A stretch of 64,000 nucleotides of DNA from Planctomycetota bacterium (GTDB lineage Bacteria > Planctomycetota > SZUA-567 > H5-PLA8): NCBI GenBank assembly GCA_038227875.1, contig JBBRPR010000015.1, positions 64,001-128,000 on the forward strand, given 5' to 3'. The notes under the pieces are model-generated. The model was not told the origin of the DNA, made no database searches, and saw only the letters and a list, made by a program, of their open reading frames with translations. This document shows positions 39,402 to 56,986 of the stretch, in pieces. Made by a program: the position numbers and the translations under genes. Position 1 is the stretch's first letter. Each line of letters begins with the position of its first letter.

Positions 39402-39803
39402 TTACTCGTGGTAATGAAGTACGACCAGTAAACACGCGTTTCCGGGAATCACATTTAACCCGGCCTTGCGCGCCTTATCAACCGCAGCCTTGCTTTCCGC
39501 GCCGGGCTGCATCCAGACGTTCTTGACGCCCGCCGCGATCGCGTCGTCCATCACTTTTTCCGTGACGGTCGGCGGAGTGATCACGGAGATCGATTCGACT
39601 TTTTCCGGAAGCGATTTCAGGTCCGGAAACGCCGGGTGACCGAGAATCTCTGTCGCGCGCGGATTGACCGGATACGCCGTGCGTCCGTCCTGGAGCAGGC
39701 AGCGGTAACATTTGTGCCCGTATTTTTCCGGATCGTTGCTGGCCCCGACGACGGCGAAGGACGGCGCGGCGAGGAACTGCTTGATTTGTTTGTCGATGGA
39801 CAT
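39402..39803 (-). CDS. CoA-binding protein (YccU-like)
   Basis: AVVGAS.DP.KYG, YPVNP, VWMQPG, CL. Confidence 0.9.
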   Translation of the reverse strand: MSIDKQIKQFLAAPSFAVVGASNDPEKYGHKCYRCLLQDGRTAYPVNPRATEILGHPAFPDLKSLPEKVESISVITPPTVTEKVMDDAIAAGVKNVWMQPGAESKAAVDKARKAGLNVIPGNACLLVVLHYHE

Positions 39804-39808
39804 GGTCG

Positions 39809-39855
39809 TGGCTCTTAGCTCTTAGCTCTTGGCTGTTGGCTCTTGGGCGCAAGCG
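39809..39855. repeat. GGCTCTT heptamer array directly upstream of the CoA-binding protein gene
   Basis: tggctcttagctcttagctcttggctgttggctcttgggcgcaagcg. Confidence 0.8.
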
Positions 39856-39892
39856 TTAGTCGCTTCGCCTGGAGTGGAGGGTTGACGGTTGG

Positions 39893-40639
39893 TTAAATGG
39901 AGAAGTCCTGCGCTGGGCGCTTCATACCGACCATGTGGATACCGCACTCGCTCTTGCCTGTGCCAGTCCAGCGGCCGGCGCGTTCTGGCGCGTTCTCGCC
40001 GACGGGAACCGTGCAGCAAGTTGGCGAGCAGCCGATGGTCTTGTAGCCCAGAGCGTGCAGTGGATGTTGCGGAACCTTGTGTTCCTTCAAGTACGCGATG
40101 GTCTGCTCGCGCTTCCATGTGGCCAGCGGATGGACCTGGAAGACGCCGTCGAGACGCCGGTCAATGATGCGCGTGTTGGCGCGGTCGGCCCCCGCGTCGC
40201 GCCGCAAGGCGGAGATGCGCGCGCCGTAGCCTTTCAGCGCCTGTTCAATCGGTTCGACCTTGTTGATGCGGCAGCATTCCGTCTTGTTGCGCTCATACAA
40301 TTTGTCGTCGCCATAAAAGCGAATGAAATCTTCGCGCGTGATCGGCGACTTGGCCGTGATCAGATTGACCTTGTAGCGCTCCATCACCTGATCGCGGAAG
40401 TCGAGCGTCTCTTTGAAATGAAATCCGGTGTCGACAAAGATCAACGGCACTGTCGGATCGATTTTGCTGAGCATATCGATGAGCAGCATGCCGCCGAGCT
40501 GAAACGAGGTGCTCATACACAACGTCCCGCGAAACTGTTCGACCGACCAGCGCAGAATTTCTTCCGGCGTGGCGGATTCAAACGCGACGTTCTGCGCTTC
40601 GAGATCGAATGACTTTTCGGGTTCGGCGATGGCACTCAT
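39893..40639 (-). CDS. cysH: APS/PAPS reductase; Cys pattern suggests the 4Fe-4S APS-type enzyme
   Basis: DTGFHFKET, ECCRINKVEP, IGCSPTCC, RAGRW, ECGIH. Confidence 0.92.
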   Translation of the reverse strand: MSAIAEPEKSFDLEAQNVAFESATPEEILRWSVEQFRGTLCMSTSFQLGGMLLIDMLSKIDPTVPLIFVDTGFHFKETLDFRDQVMERYKVNLITAKSPITREDFIRFYGDDKLYERNKTECCRINKVEPIEQALKGYGARISALRRDAGADRANTRIIDRRLDGVFQVHPLATWKREQTIAYLKEHKVPQHPLHALGYKTIGCSPTCCTVPVGENAPERAGRWTGTGKSECGIHMVGMKRPAQDFSI

Positions 40640-40704
40640 GGATCAGCTCCGTTCTTCCCTCTATCGTACAATATGGGAACGCAGGCGCAAGAAAGAGCCT
40701 CTAA

Positions 40705-40847
40705 ATCTCACGCAAAGATGCTAAGAACGGCGGGAATGGGGTTTAGGGAATCGGGATTCGCGATGCGGAAGCGCGACGAGTCCCGAATCCCCATTCCCGA
40801 ATCCCGGTCGTTAGCTGTTCTTGGCGACTTTGCGGTGTTGCGTGAGT
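40705..40847. mobile_element. MITE-like copy of the composite repeat, with terminal inverted arms
   Basis: ctcacgcaa...ttgcgtgag ends enclosing a cgggaat/attcccg heptamer hairpin; core matches 10365-10428 in reverse. Confidence 0.7.
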
Positions 40848-40854
40848 GAGCAGT

Positions 40855-41640
40855 TCAGGGCGCGTCGGGCTTCCAGAATTCCACCCACGTCGTGTTCGTG
40901 TGCCGGATCCGCACGTCTTCCTTGGGCAGCGGAATCTGGCCTTTGGGGTGGGGGACGACTTTGGTGGTGCCGGCGACGGTCTTGGGCAGCGGCGGCTGGA
41001 ACTGCCAGAACCAATTGCTCTGCTGGTACGGAGCCAGGCGGTGCGCGCGGTAGTAGTTCAGCCACGTGCGCTGATCGGGCGGCAGGTCGACGGCCATCAT
41101 CTTGACCAGCTCGCGGTGAGCGATGCCGGCGATTTCGGGGAAGTCTTCGTCGACGCGCAGCTTCATGATCAGGCGCGGTACGTACGAATCGTCGCCGAGG
41201 TCCCAGAGTGCTCCAACGGCTTCGATGCCCACGCGGGTCTGATCCCAGCGGGCGATGTGGCGCAGCGTCGGCACGGCACGGACGTCGCCGGCGGCGGAGA
41301 GCGCCTGCATCACGCGGATCTGCAGAAAGCGGTCGTCTTCTTTCTTCAGGCGTTCCATCAGGAAGTCGAACATCGCCGGATCGTTGGAGCGCTGGATAAC
41401 GTCGAGCGCTTCCAGACGTTCGGCGCGCGAACCGAGCGTGGCCTTGCGCATCAGGTATTCGCGGTCGGAAAGTTGCGCGGTGTCGCGGGGCGTGGTGGTC
41501 AGAATGCGGTCACGGTCGCCCAGCACCACCTTGGGCTTGCCGCTGGAATCCGGAGCGGAGCCGACGTAGGCGGTACTCGGCGCACACGACGGCAACAAAG
41601 CCAGCGTGGCGGCGGCAACAAACAGGCGAATCGGGTTCAT
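40855..41640 (-). CDS. HEAT-repeat lipoprotein
   Basis: Lipobox LLPSC; helical repeats (AL...GD.RAVP.L, AVGALWDLGD). Confidence 0.75.
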   Translation of the reverse strand: MNPIRLFVAAATLALLPSCAPSTAYVGSAPDSSGKPKVVLGDRDRILTTTPRDTAQLSDREYLMRKATLGSRAERLEALDVIQRSNDPAMFDFLMERLKKEDDRFLQIRVMQALSAAGDVRAVPTLRHIARWDQTRVGIEAVGALWDLGDDSYVPRLIMKLRVDEDFPEIAGIAHRELVKMMAVDLPPDQRTWLNYYRAHRLAPYQQSNWFWQFQPPLPKTVAGTTKVVPHPKGQIPLPKEDVRIRHTNTTWVEFWKPDAP

Positions 41641-41760
41641 TGGGAACAGAGTCTAACCCCTACGCAAAAATCCTCAAGGAACTGTCGCACCGCATGCTTT
41701 CAACGGCGTAACCTGCGATACGGTATCGGCAAAGTACAGACGCCGCTGGCGCGAATCTTA

Positions 41761-42972
41761 TCAATCGACTTTGGAGAGATCTTTCATGGCCTTGAGAAGT
41801 GAGTCGACTTCGTGCGCGGTGTGCGAGGCGCTCATACTGATCCGCAGGCGCGCCTGGCCGCGTTTGACTGTCGGAAAGCGGATTGCCGGGACGTAAAATC
41901 CCGCCTCGAAAATGCGCCGCGACCATTCCACGGCGCGCTGTTCGGACTCGGTGATCACGGGCACAATCGGGCCGCTGCCTTCCGGGCACATCAGGCCGAT
42001 TTCTTTGAGACCCGCGCGGATTTTCACGGCCAGTTCCAGCACGTGCGTGCGGCGCTGCGGTTCCTTGTCGATCAGTTCCAGCGCGGCGTTGGCTGACGCC
42101 GCGGAGACCGGCGAGAGCGCCGTAGAGAACATGTACGGCCGGCCGGCGTGGAGGATCGTCGAAATGATTTCGTGGCGCGCGCAGATAAAGCCACCCTGAC
42201 TAGCCAGCGCCTTGGAGAGCGTGCCCAGCGCGATGACGTGACGCGGCAGGCCGCGGTTGGCGGCGGTCATCTCTTCCAATCCGCCGCGGCCGTTGGGTCC
42301 GAGAATGCCGGTGGCGTGCGCTTCATCGAGCAGCAGCAGGGCGCCGGCGGCGTCGGCGATCTCGACGAGGTCCTCCAGCGGGGCGGTGTCTCCGTCCATC
42401 GAGTAGATCGATTCGGCGATGATCAGACAGCGGTTGCCGCGCTCTTTTTCGAGCAGCTTATCGAGGTCTTCCATATCGTTGTGCTTGAAGACGCGCAGCC
42501 GCGCACCGGATAGTTTCGCGCCGTCGAGCAGCGAGGCGTGGCAGAGCCGGTCGACGAGAATCGTGTCGGCTTCGTTGGTCAGCGCAACGATGGTTGCGAC
42601 GGAGGCTTGGAATCCAGACGGGAAGACGAGCGCGCCTTCGCTCTGCTTAAACGCGGCGAGGCGGTTTTCGAGCCACTGGTGTTCGCTCTTGTAACCGGTG
42701 ATCAGCGGACTGGCGCCCGAGCCGCTGCCGCTGGCGTGGAGCGCTTTTTCAGCGATCTCCGCGATGTGTGGGTGGCCAGCGAGGCCGAGGTAATCGTTGC
42801 TCGCAAACGAGACCACCGACGCGCCGTTGATCTTCAGGTGGACGCCGTGGCCTTCCACCATTTTCAGTTCGCGCGCGAGGCCCTCATCGGACCACTGCTG
42901 CAGGCGCTCCAGAAGGTACTGGTCCCAGGGGTGAGGTTGATCGGGTTGCGTCATGTTGGTTTTCAGCTCCAT
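41761..42972 (-). CDS. bioF: 8-amino-7-oxononanoate synthase
   Basis: FASNDYLGL, GSGAS, HASLLDG, SMDGD, DEAH, GTLSKA, IRFPTV. Confidence 0.9.
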   Translation of the reverse strand: MELKTNMTQPDQPHPWDQYLLERLQQWSDEGLARELKMVEGHGVHLKINGASVVSFASNDYLGLAGHPHIAEIAEKALHASGSGSGASPLITGYKSEHQWLENRLAAFKQSEGALVFPSGFQASVATIVALTNEADTILVDRLCHASLLDGAKLSGARLRVFKHNDMEDLDKLLEKERGNRCLIIAESIYSMDGDTAPLEDLVEIADAAGALLLLDEAHATGILGPNGRGGLEEMTAANRGLPRHVIALGTLSKALASQGGFICARHEIISTILHAGRPYMFSTALSPVSAASANAALELIDKEPQRRTHVLELAVKIRAGLKEIGLMCPEGSGPIVPVITESEQRAVEWSRRIFEAGFYVPAIRFPTVKRGQARLRISMSASHTAHEVDSLLKAMKDLSKVD

Positions 42973-44127
42973 TTATTCACAGGGGACCCAGGCGTCCTTG
43001 CAGTAAACAACATCTCGAATGGTCGGTGCGATTGCGCGGGCCAGCGCCGCGTAGCCGGCGTCGTTCATGTGGACGCCGTCGATGAACAGGGAGGGATCGC
43101 TGGGCAGATCTTCGGGCGTGATGTAGCGCGACGAGGCCGTGGCAGAAGCTGTCTGCAACAGACATTTATCGAAGTCGAGAATTCCGCGATAAAGATCGGC
43201 GCGCGACGCCGCTGGAAAAGCGTGTAGGCGGTTAGCAGCTTGCTTGCGCGCAAGCGGTGACAGGTTTTGCGGTTCCGCGCGAAGCGGAGTAGCCAGGCCT
43301 AGTACTACCGGCGATACGCCGCTGTCCTGGCAGAGCTTCAACTCTTGCGTCAGAGTGGCGGTAAATTTGTTGATGACGTCGACGCGGAATGTTTTCAGGC
43401 CTTTGCGCTGGTCCAATTCTTCGTCGGATGGCGGGGAAGGGCGGGGGGTGACCAGGTCGCGAATGTACTCCGCCACGCGGCAACTGCCGGTTTTTTGATA
43501 CGTGTTGGCGAGATTCGCGAGGAGCTTGTTCTTCTTTGATTTCTTCGCCGGCTGCGACATGTAGTGGCCCCAGTCGGGCCAGCCGCTCCAGATGATGACG
43601 ATGTCGGGATTCAGGCGCGGCAGATCCTCTTTTAAGATCTGGAGTTCGTTCTCGGAATTGTTGCCCGGCACGCCGGCGTTGATCACTTCGATTCTCGTGC
43701 CGGGGAGCAGCGTCGTCAGCTCCGCCTCAAGCTGCGCGGGATAAGCCTTTCCGTCCGTCGATGCGCCCCAGCCAAACGTGGTCGAGGAGCCGAGGCAGTA
43801 GACGCGGAGCCGTCCCGGCTTGCGTTCGTTGCCGAGCGTGGGTTCCGGGCCGCGGAAACCGAGGCTGTTGACGGAGAGTTTTCCCAGGCGCGCGCCACGG
43901 CCTTCGACGGTGTCCGCGTAATCAATGTCGCTCAGCGGCTGAGGCGCCATGCGGCTGTTGTCGAGCTTGGCCCACTTGCGCGGGATGATGTACGTCTTGA
44001 CCGCTTGCGCGCAGAGTTCGAGCAGGACCATCGCGAGCAGCAACGCGATGCCGGAACGGACGATCCGTTTCAGCGGAAACGCTGGCACTGCAGGCGCAGC
44101 AGGCAAAGCGGTGGCGGCAGAAGTCAT
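42973..44127 (-). CDS. Membrane-anchored SGNH/GDSL hydrolase
   Basis: N-terminal TM, NSLGFRG, CLGSSTTFG, INAGVPG, DGVHMN; block-III Asn replaced (GWPD). Confidence 0.85.
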   Translation of the reverse strand: MTSAATALPAAPAVPAFPLKRIVRSGIALLLAMVLLELCAQAVKTYIIPRKWAKLDNSRMAPQPLSDIDYADTVEGRGARLGKLSVNSLGFRGPEPTLGNERKPGRLRVYCLGSSTTFGWGASTDGKAYPAQLEAELTTLLPGTRIEVINAGVPGNNSENELQILKEDLPRLNPDIVIIWSGWPDWGHYMSQPAKKSKKNKLLANLANTYQKTGSCRVAEYIRDLVTPRPSPPSDEELDQRKGLKTFRVDVINKFTATLTQELKLCQDSGVSPVVLGLATPLRAEPQNLSPLARKQAANRLHAFPAASRADLYRGILDFDKCLLQTASATASSRYITPEDLPSDPSLFIDGVHMNDAGYAALARAIAPTIRDVVYCKDAWVPCE

Positions 44128-44172
44128 GGAGTGCGCGTTATATCACGCGGCGGAGCGGGGTCGATGAAGACT

Positions 44173-45048
44173 TCACTTTTTTCGGCCGAGAAAATAGACG
44201 TTCGACGCCGTGCGGTCGACGTTGCGCGAACGGGCGGCGAAGAAATCCAGAAACTTGTACGGCCACAGCAGCCACCCCAGCGTGAAGCGGACCGCGTTGT
44301 AGAGGACGAAACTCGAGAACGCCGATCCGATCAGCGTCGGCGTGATCGCGACGTAGGCCGAGAAGGGTCCACCGCACGCGCCGGATTCGAGCGTCTCGAA
44401 TCCGGAGAATTCGGCCTGCAGACCTTCGCGCGTCCAGCGTTTTCGGTCGAGCGGGTCGGGATGCGTGGGAAACATGAACGGCACAGAGATGTACGCGATG
44501 CCGCCGGGTTTGAGTACACGCGAAATCTCCGCGATGCAGGCGTGCGCATCGCCGACATGTTCCAGCACGGACGTGCAGATGACGCCGTCCACGGACGCGT
44601 CAGCGAAGGGCAGGTTCTGGATGTCGGCGATCAAGTCGATGCTCGGATTTGACGCCGTGTGATCGGCGGGGAGCATCAGATCCACGTTCACGACCCTGTC
44701 GCCCCAGATTGAGGCTTTCGAGCCAAGATTCAGCACCAGCGGCCCGGTTAGCAGTTCACGGACCTTGGCGTGGCGTGTGGATTCGAAGGGATCGTAAATC
44801 GGGTTGGGCGGAATGAGCGCCCGGGCGAGGCGATTCTGCCGCAGGCCTTCGTGCGGCGCTTTGAATCCCGCCACGCGCGCATCGAGTGCCGCGACGCGCT
44901 CCGGCTTGAGCATCCGCGGGACGCCTTGCAGAAATTCGAAATTCGCGCCGCACGCCGCGCATTTGACGCGGTTCGCTTCGGACACGATCCGGCCGTGGCA
45001 GGCAGGGCAGGCGAGCTGTGGAGTCAAGGCATCGGGGGCCGTGGGCAT
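44173..45048 (-). CDS. Class I SAM-dependent methyltransferase with N-terminal Trm112-like Zn knuckle
   Basis: LACPAC...CAAC...GVP; VLNLGS, LPFADASVD, VLEHV, RVLKPGG. Confidence 0.88.
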   Translation of the reverse strand: MPTAPDALTPQLACPACHGRIVSEANRVKCAACGANFEFLQGVPRMLKPERVAALDARVAGFKAPHEGLRQNRLARALIPPNPIYDPFESTRHAKVRELLTGPLVLNLGSKASIWGDRVVNVDLMLPADHTASNPSIDLIADIQNLPFADASVDGVICTSVLEHVGDAHACIAEISRVLKPGGIAYISVPFMFPTHPDPLDRKRWTREGLQAEFSGFETLESGACGGPFSAYVAITPTLIGSAFSSFVLYNAVRFTLGWLLWPYKFLDFFAARSRNVDRTASNVYFLGRKK

Positions 45049-45168
45049 GCGCCAAAGATGATATGAGCAGGCGGGAAATGTTGCGAGCTTCGAAATTCCT
45101 AAGACTGCAAAGACGGCATGAAGTGCGGCTTGCAAAAACGGGATAGATGGAAGATAAGGTGCCATCTT

Positions 45169-47268
45169 ATGGCAGAACCGGAAACGAAATCCCGCGACGG
45201 CGAAACTGCGCCTGCAGAGAAGGACACGCCCAAGCGCAGCCTGTTTTCTTACGCGGGATTCAACACGCTATTCGCCGGTTCGCTGTGCGGCACGCTGGCC
45301 GACCGGCTCTACCAGATGTCGCTCGTCGCCGCCGCGCTGATCATTTTCGCCGATCCTACCGAACAATCGAATATTGGACCGCAGAAGGTCGCGCAGATTC
45401 AGATTGTCGGCACCATTCCGGGGTTGTTGTTGTACGCCGCCACCGGGTCGCTGGTCGATTCCTACGATCGCCGCCGCCTGATGATGTTCATTAAGGGCTT
45501 GAAAGTATTCGCGGTGCTGCTGCTGGTTCCGCTGCTCTGGAGTGTCATTCAACTCGACCCGAAAAATCCCAACCAAGCCTTGCAGGCGCTGCTGAAGAGC
45601 AAATGGATCTGGTGTCTGGGTACGGTGGTGCTGCTGAATTTCATCTCCGTGCCGTTTTCACCCTGCCGCGCTGCCGCCATTCCCGATGTCGCTCCGGACG
45701 AACACCGCTCGCTCGGTGCGAGTTTGATGGCGACGACCGGTCTGATCAGCTTACTCGTAGGTACGTTTGTCGGTGGCGAACTGGCGGCCAGTTCACTTGG
45801 TCCCGCGCGCACGGTTCTGATCGCATCGGGCCTCTATGCCGTGGCTTCGTTTCTGTTCTCACGTTTGCCTGACGCCGTCGCGGTTCCTGGAAACAAGCGC
45901 CCGAAGCAGGGCGATCCTAAGGAAGCGGTTCCCGAAAATGCGGGCCTTGCCGGCTATTTGGCCGGAATGTGGGAAGGCATTGTCTACTGCGCGAAGCGGC
46001 CGGCTGTGCTCGGATTGATCTATTTTGAGACGGCGTTCTGGACCGTCGGATCCGCGTTTTACGTGCTGGTTCTGTTTCACGCCGAGAACGTGTTGAAGCT
46101 CGTCGGCAAGGAAGAGACGCTCTTCTTCAGTCGCGCGCTGGGGTGCGCAGGCGTGGGATTGTTCGCCGGAGCGATCGGGATCGGGAAAGTGTGCCGCAAG
46201 GTCAGCCCGATTGTCACGTACACGCCGGCGTTCATCTTGATCTCCTGCGGGCTGTATGGCGTGTTCCACTCCCAACCGGAACCGGGCGTGGGCGGAGCGC
46301 CGGGCTGGGTCTATCCCCTGATGTTCGGACTGGGACTGGGTGGCGGGCTGGTGCTGGGCCGCGTCGACGCCGATGTGCTGGCGACCGCCGATGCCGAAAT
46401 CCGCGGCCGTGTGTTCTCGCTGAAAGCGATGGCGTTCGCTGCAACGATTTTGATCACGATGCTGACGATTACCGAAGCGGGCCTGCCGAAGGAAGACATC
46501 GCAAAAATTATCAAGTGGATGCCGCGCGCGCTTTTCCTGTCGCTGCCGCTCGTGTTTCTCTTGAGTTGGATCATCGACATCGCCATCTGGTCCAAGCGCG
46601 GTGATTCGGAGTTGCCCGGGCCGGTGCATCGCTTTGGCTATCGTGTGCTGCGTCTGATCGGGCGGATTCTGTTCAAGATTTTCTTTCGCTACGAAGTTCA
46701 AGGGCGCGAGAATGTTCCGCTGACCGGGCCGCTGGTGCTCGCCGCCAACCATGCCAGTTTCATCGACCCGATTCTGCTTGGCTGCACCACCGACCGGCTG
46801 GTGCAGTACATCATGTACGCCTCGTATTACCGCTCATTCGCCCATCCGATCTTCCGCTTCCTGCGCTGCATCCCTGTTGACGAAAAGGACAGCCTTGGCG
46901 CGTTGAAGGCGGGCGTTCATTCGTTGAAGGAAGGTGCGTGCATCGGGATTTTCCCGGAAGGCCGCGTCTCTGCCGACGGCAAGCTCAACCCACCGATGCG
47001 CGGCGCGCTGTTTCTGGCGCAGCGTTCCGGAGCTCAGGTCGTCGTCGTGGCATTGAAGGGCAACCACGACGGTCTGCCGCGTGGCGCGTGGTTTCCGCGC
47101 TTTAAAAAGATCATGCCAATCATCGGCAAGCCGTTCACAGTGGCCAAGACGCTCTCGAAAAAAGAGACCGCGGAACTCACCGACAACATGATGGCCGAAC
47201 TTGCCACAAAGCTCGGCACCGAGCCGCCCGAGAAAACTGCCGATAAGATTCCCGAAAAAGGTGAATAA
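45169..47268 (+). CDS. MFS transporter (LplT-like) fused to a PlsC-type acyltransferase
   Basis: About 12 TM with DSYDRRRL loop; NHASFIDP (HxxxxD) and IFPEG. Confidence 0.88.
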   Translation: MAEPETKSRDGETAPAEKDTPKRSLFSYAGFNTLFAGSLCGTLADRLYQMSLVAAALIIFADPTEQSNIGPQKVAQIQIVGTIPGLLLYAATGSLVDSYDRRRLMMFIKGLKVFAVLLLVPLLWSVIQLDPKNPNQALQALLKSKWIWCLGTVVLLNFISVPFSPCRAAAIPDVAPDEHRSLGASLMATTGLISLLVGTFVGGELAASSLGPARTVLIASGLYAVASFLFSRLPDAVAVPGNKRPKQGDPKEAVPENAGLAGYLAGMWEGIVYCAKRPAVLGLIYFETAFWTVGSAFYVLVLFHAENVLKLVGKEETLFFSRALGCAGVGLFAGAIGIGKVCRKVSPIVTYTPAFILISCGLYGVFHSQPEPGVGGAPGWVYPLMFGLGLGGGLVLGRVDADVLATADAEIRGRVFSLKAMAFAATILITMLTITEAGLPKEDIAKIIKWMPRALFLSLPLVFLLSWIIDIAIWSKRGDSELPGPVHRFGYRVLRLIGRILFKIFFRYEVQGRENVPLTGPLVLAANHASFIDPILLGCTTDRLVQYIMYASYYRSFAHPIFRFLRCIPVDEKDSLGALKAGVHSLKEGACIGIFPEGRVSADGKLNPPMRGALFLAQRSGAQVVVVALKGNHDGLPRGAWFPRFKKIMPIIGKPFTVAKTLSKKETAELTDNMMAELATKLGTEPPEKTADKIPEKGE

Positions 47269-47274
47269 CGCTGC

Positions 47275-48399
47275 TTACTTCCGTCCCGCCAGCAGCGGCT
47301 TCAGCGCTTCGAATTCGGTCTCTGCAATCAACTGCACGCCGTACGCGCTGGGGTGCATGTCGCCAGGTGACTTGGCAGTCTTGTCGCTGTTCTCGGTTTC
47401 CAGGCGCTTTTCCACATCAGCCAGCGGAATCTTGCGTTCTGCGGCGACATCGCGATGCGCCTGCCAGTAGGCACCGTATTGTTTCTGTAATTCCGGATGG
47501 CCGCTAACGAACGTGCCTGTGCCGAGCACGATCTGAATGCCAGGATAGTCGCGCTGCAGGTTGTCGCAGAGCGTGCCGATCAGCTTCTTGAATTCGTCCG
47601 CGGGATAAAAGCGCGAATCGTTCCCGCCGTACCGGATCACGGCGATGTCCACCTTCTTCAGGTTTTCGTGGATGACCTTGTCGTAGCGCTTGGAATCGAG
47701 CAGGTCCTTGATGTACTCGCCGTCCGCTCCGACATTGAGGTTGCGCACTTTCAGGGCGGGGAATTCCTTGACGATACGGGCATCCAGCAGCGCGTTGACT
47801 CGTTCCGTGAACGGCAAGTACGACGTAATCGTGATGCTGTCGCCGATATGCAGGATGACAGTCTCGGACTTGTCCGGCGCCGATGAACCCACGGACGTTA
47901 GTGCGATAGTGCGGAATGCGCACGAACCGGGAGCCTCGCCGTCGAGCCGCACCGCGACAAACGCGTTGTCGGGAAGTTCGCCCGCATCAAAGACCAGCGT
48001 TTCCGTGCGCCATTCTTTCGATGCTGGCAGCGGGCAGCACGATGTCGCCCAGCTTTTCGAGACCTCCGCGAATTTTGGATCGGTTGAGGCGGCGGGCTTG
48101 AATGTCATTGCCGCTGCGTCGCCTTTGTACTCCACCGACAGATGGTAGAGCGTCTCGTGTTTCAGTTTAAGATTGTATTGCGTTGCGCCCGCCGCCGCTT
48201 TTGGGGTCTTGCGCGTCAACACCAGCGCTTTCTTGCCATCCACATCGGCCACAACCGCGGTCCGGTCATTGTCATTGGCCAGATCTGACCAGCCATTTAC
48301 GCCGTCCGCGAAATCCCCGTTCTTTATGACATTTTCGCCGGCGGCAGCGAAACGCATGGAAACAACTATCACGCTTAAACAATAAAGAACGCGGTACAT
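47275..48399 (-). CDS. Secreted SGNH/GDSL hydrolase with N-terminal CBM-like domain
   Basis: Signal peptide, NVIKNGDF..G..GW, IGDSIT, YGGND, DMHPS..G. Confidence 0.85.
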   Translation of the reverse strand: MYRVLYCLSVIVVSMRFAAAGENVIKNGDFADGVNGWSDLANDNDRTAVVADVDGKKALVLTRKTPKAAAGATQYNLKLKHETLYHLSVEYKGDAAAMTFKPAASTDPKFAEVSKSWATSCCPLPASKEWRTETLVFDAGELPDNAFVAVRLDGEAPGSCAFRTIALTSVGSSAPDKSETVILHIGDSITITSYLPFTERVNALLDARIVKEFPALKVRNLNVGADGEYIKDLLDSKRYDKVIHENLKKVDIAVIRYGGNDSRFYPADEFKKLIGTLCDNLQRDYPGIQIVLGTGTFVSGHPELQKQYGAYWQAHRDVAAERKIPLADVEKRLETENSDKTAKSPGDMHPSAYGVQLIAETEFEALKPLLAGRK

Positions 48400-48731
48400 G
48401 GAACCTCCAATTTGCTGCAGGGCGTACGTAAGAGGGGTTAACACTGATATAGCCTTTTGAGATAATGAGAACGAGTGTAAATAAAAGGTCGCGCGGCCAA
48501 TCCCTTTTCCCCTTGACTTCACTCACCTTGCGCGATTTAATAGCCAACGTTGGGCTGATTGGCACTCGGGCGTCGATGGGTTTCCCCCTGCTTGCCGCAA
48601 GCCTAAACCCTCAGGGAAACCCTCGCAGTACGAGTTTTCACCTGCGCCGTCGAGGCCCGGGACGAATGAAAACTCGAAAAGAAAGAGTGCGACCATTAGC
48701 AGGTCGGTAGACTGTTTTAGCAGAAAAGCTT

Positions 48732-48782
48732 AGGGACTACAGAGCGTGCTTAAACGAGCACTCTTCTGTATAGTCCCTTTTT
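48732..48782 (+). terminator. Terminator-like hairpin in the rpoB upstream region
   Basis: agggacta/tagtccct outer stem, gtgctt/gagcac inner stem, then a T tract, about 140 nt before rpoB. Confidence 0.5.
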
Positions 48783-48919
48783 GTCATTTCTGAATTTTGT
48801 TTTTTGTTAGTGTTTCGGCGCAGTGCAGTGCGTACAAGCGGATTCGTCCAAGTCGAAAAACGGTTGAACTTGAAGTTCAAACGTGTAACGAAATAGAAAA
48901 CAGGAGCGCAAAGAGCCTC

Positions 48920-52633
<3,714 letters not shown>

Positions 52634-52728
52634 GCGGCATCGCAAACCGGCAATCTGTAAAGATGTGCAGTACCTGTGACATTGAACACTGAATAATAAA
52701 TGGAAGATGGCAGCCAGGAGACATTCTG

Positions 52729-56976
<4,248 letters not shown>

Positions 56977-56986
56977 GTAAAGCAAC

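Noticed and set aside
32939..48919. Genomic island or prophage interpretation of the rplL-rpoB insert
   Set aside because: No integrase or att-like repeats seen; the genes are housekeeping-like and carry the same native repeat families as the flanks.
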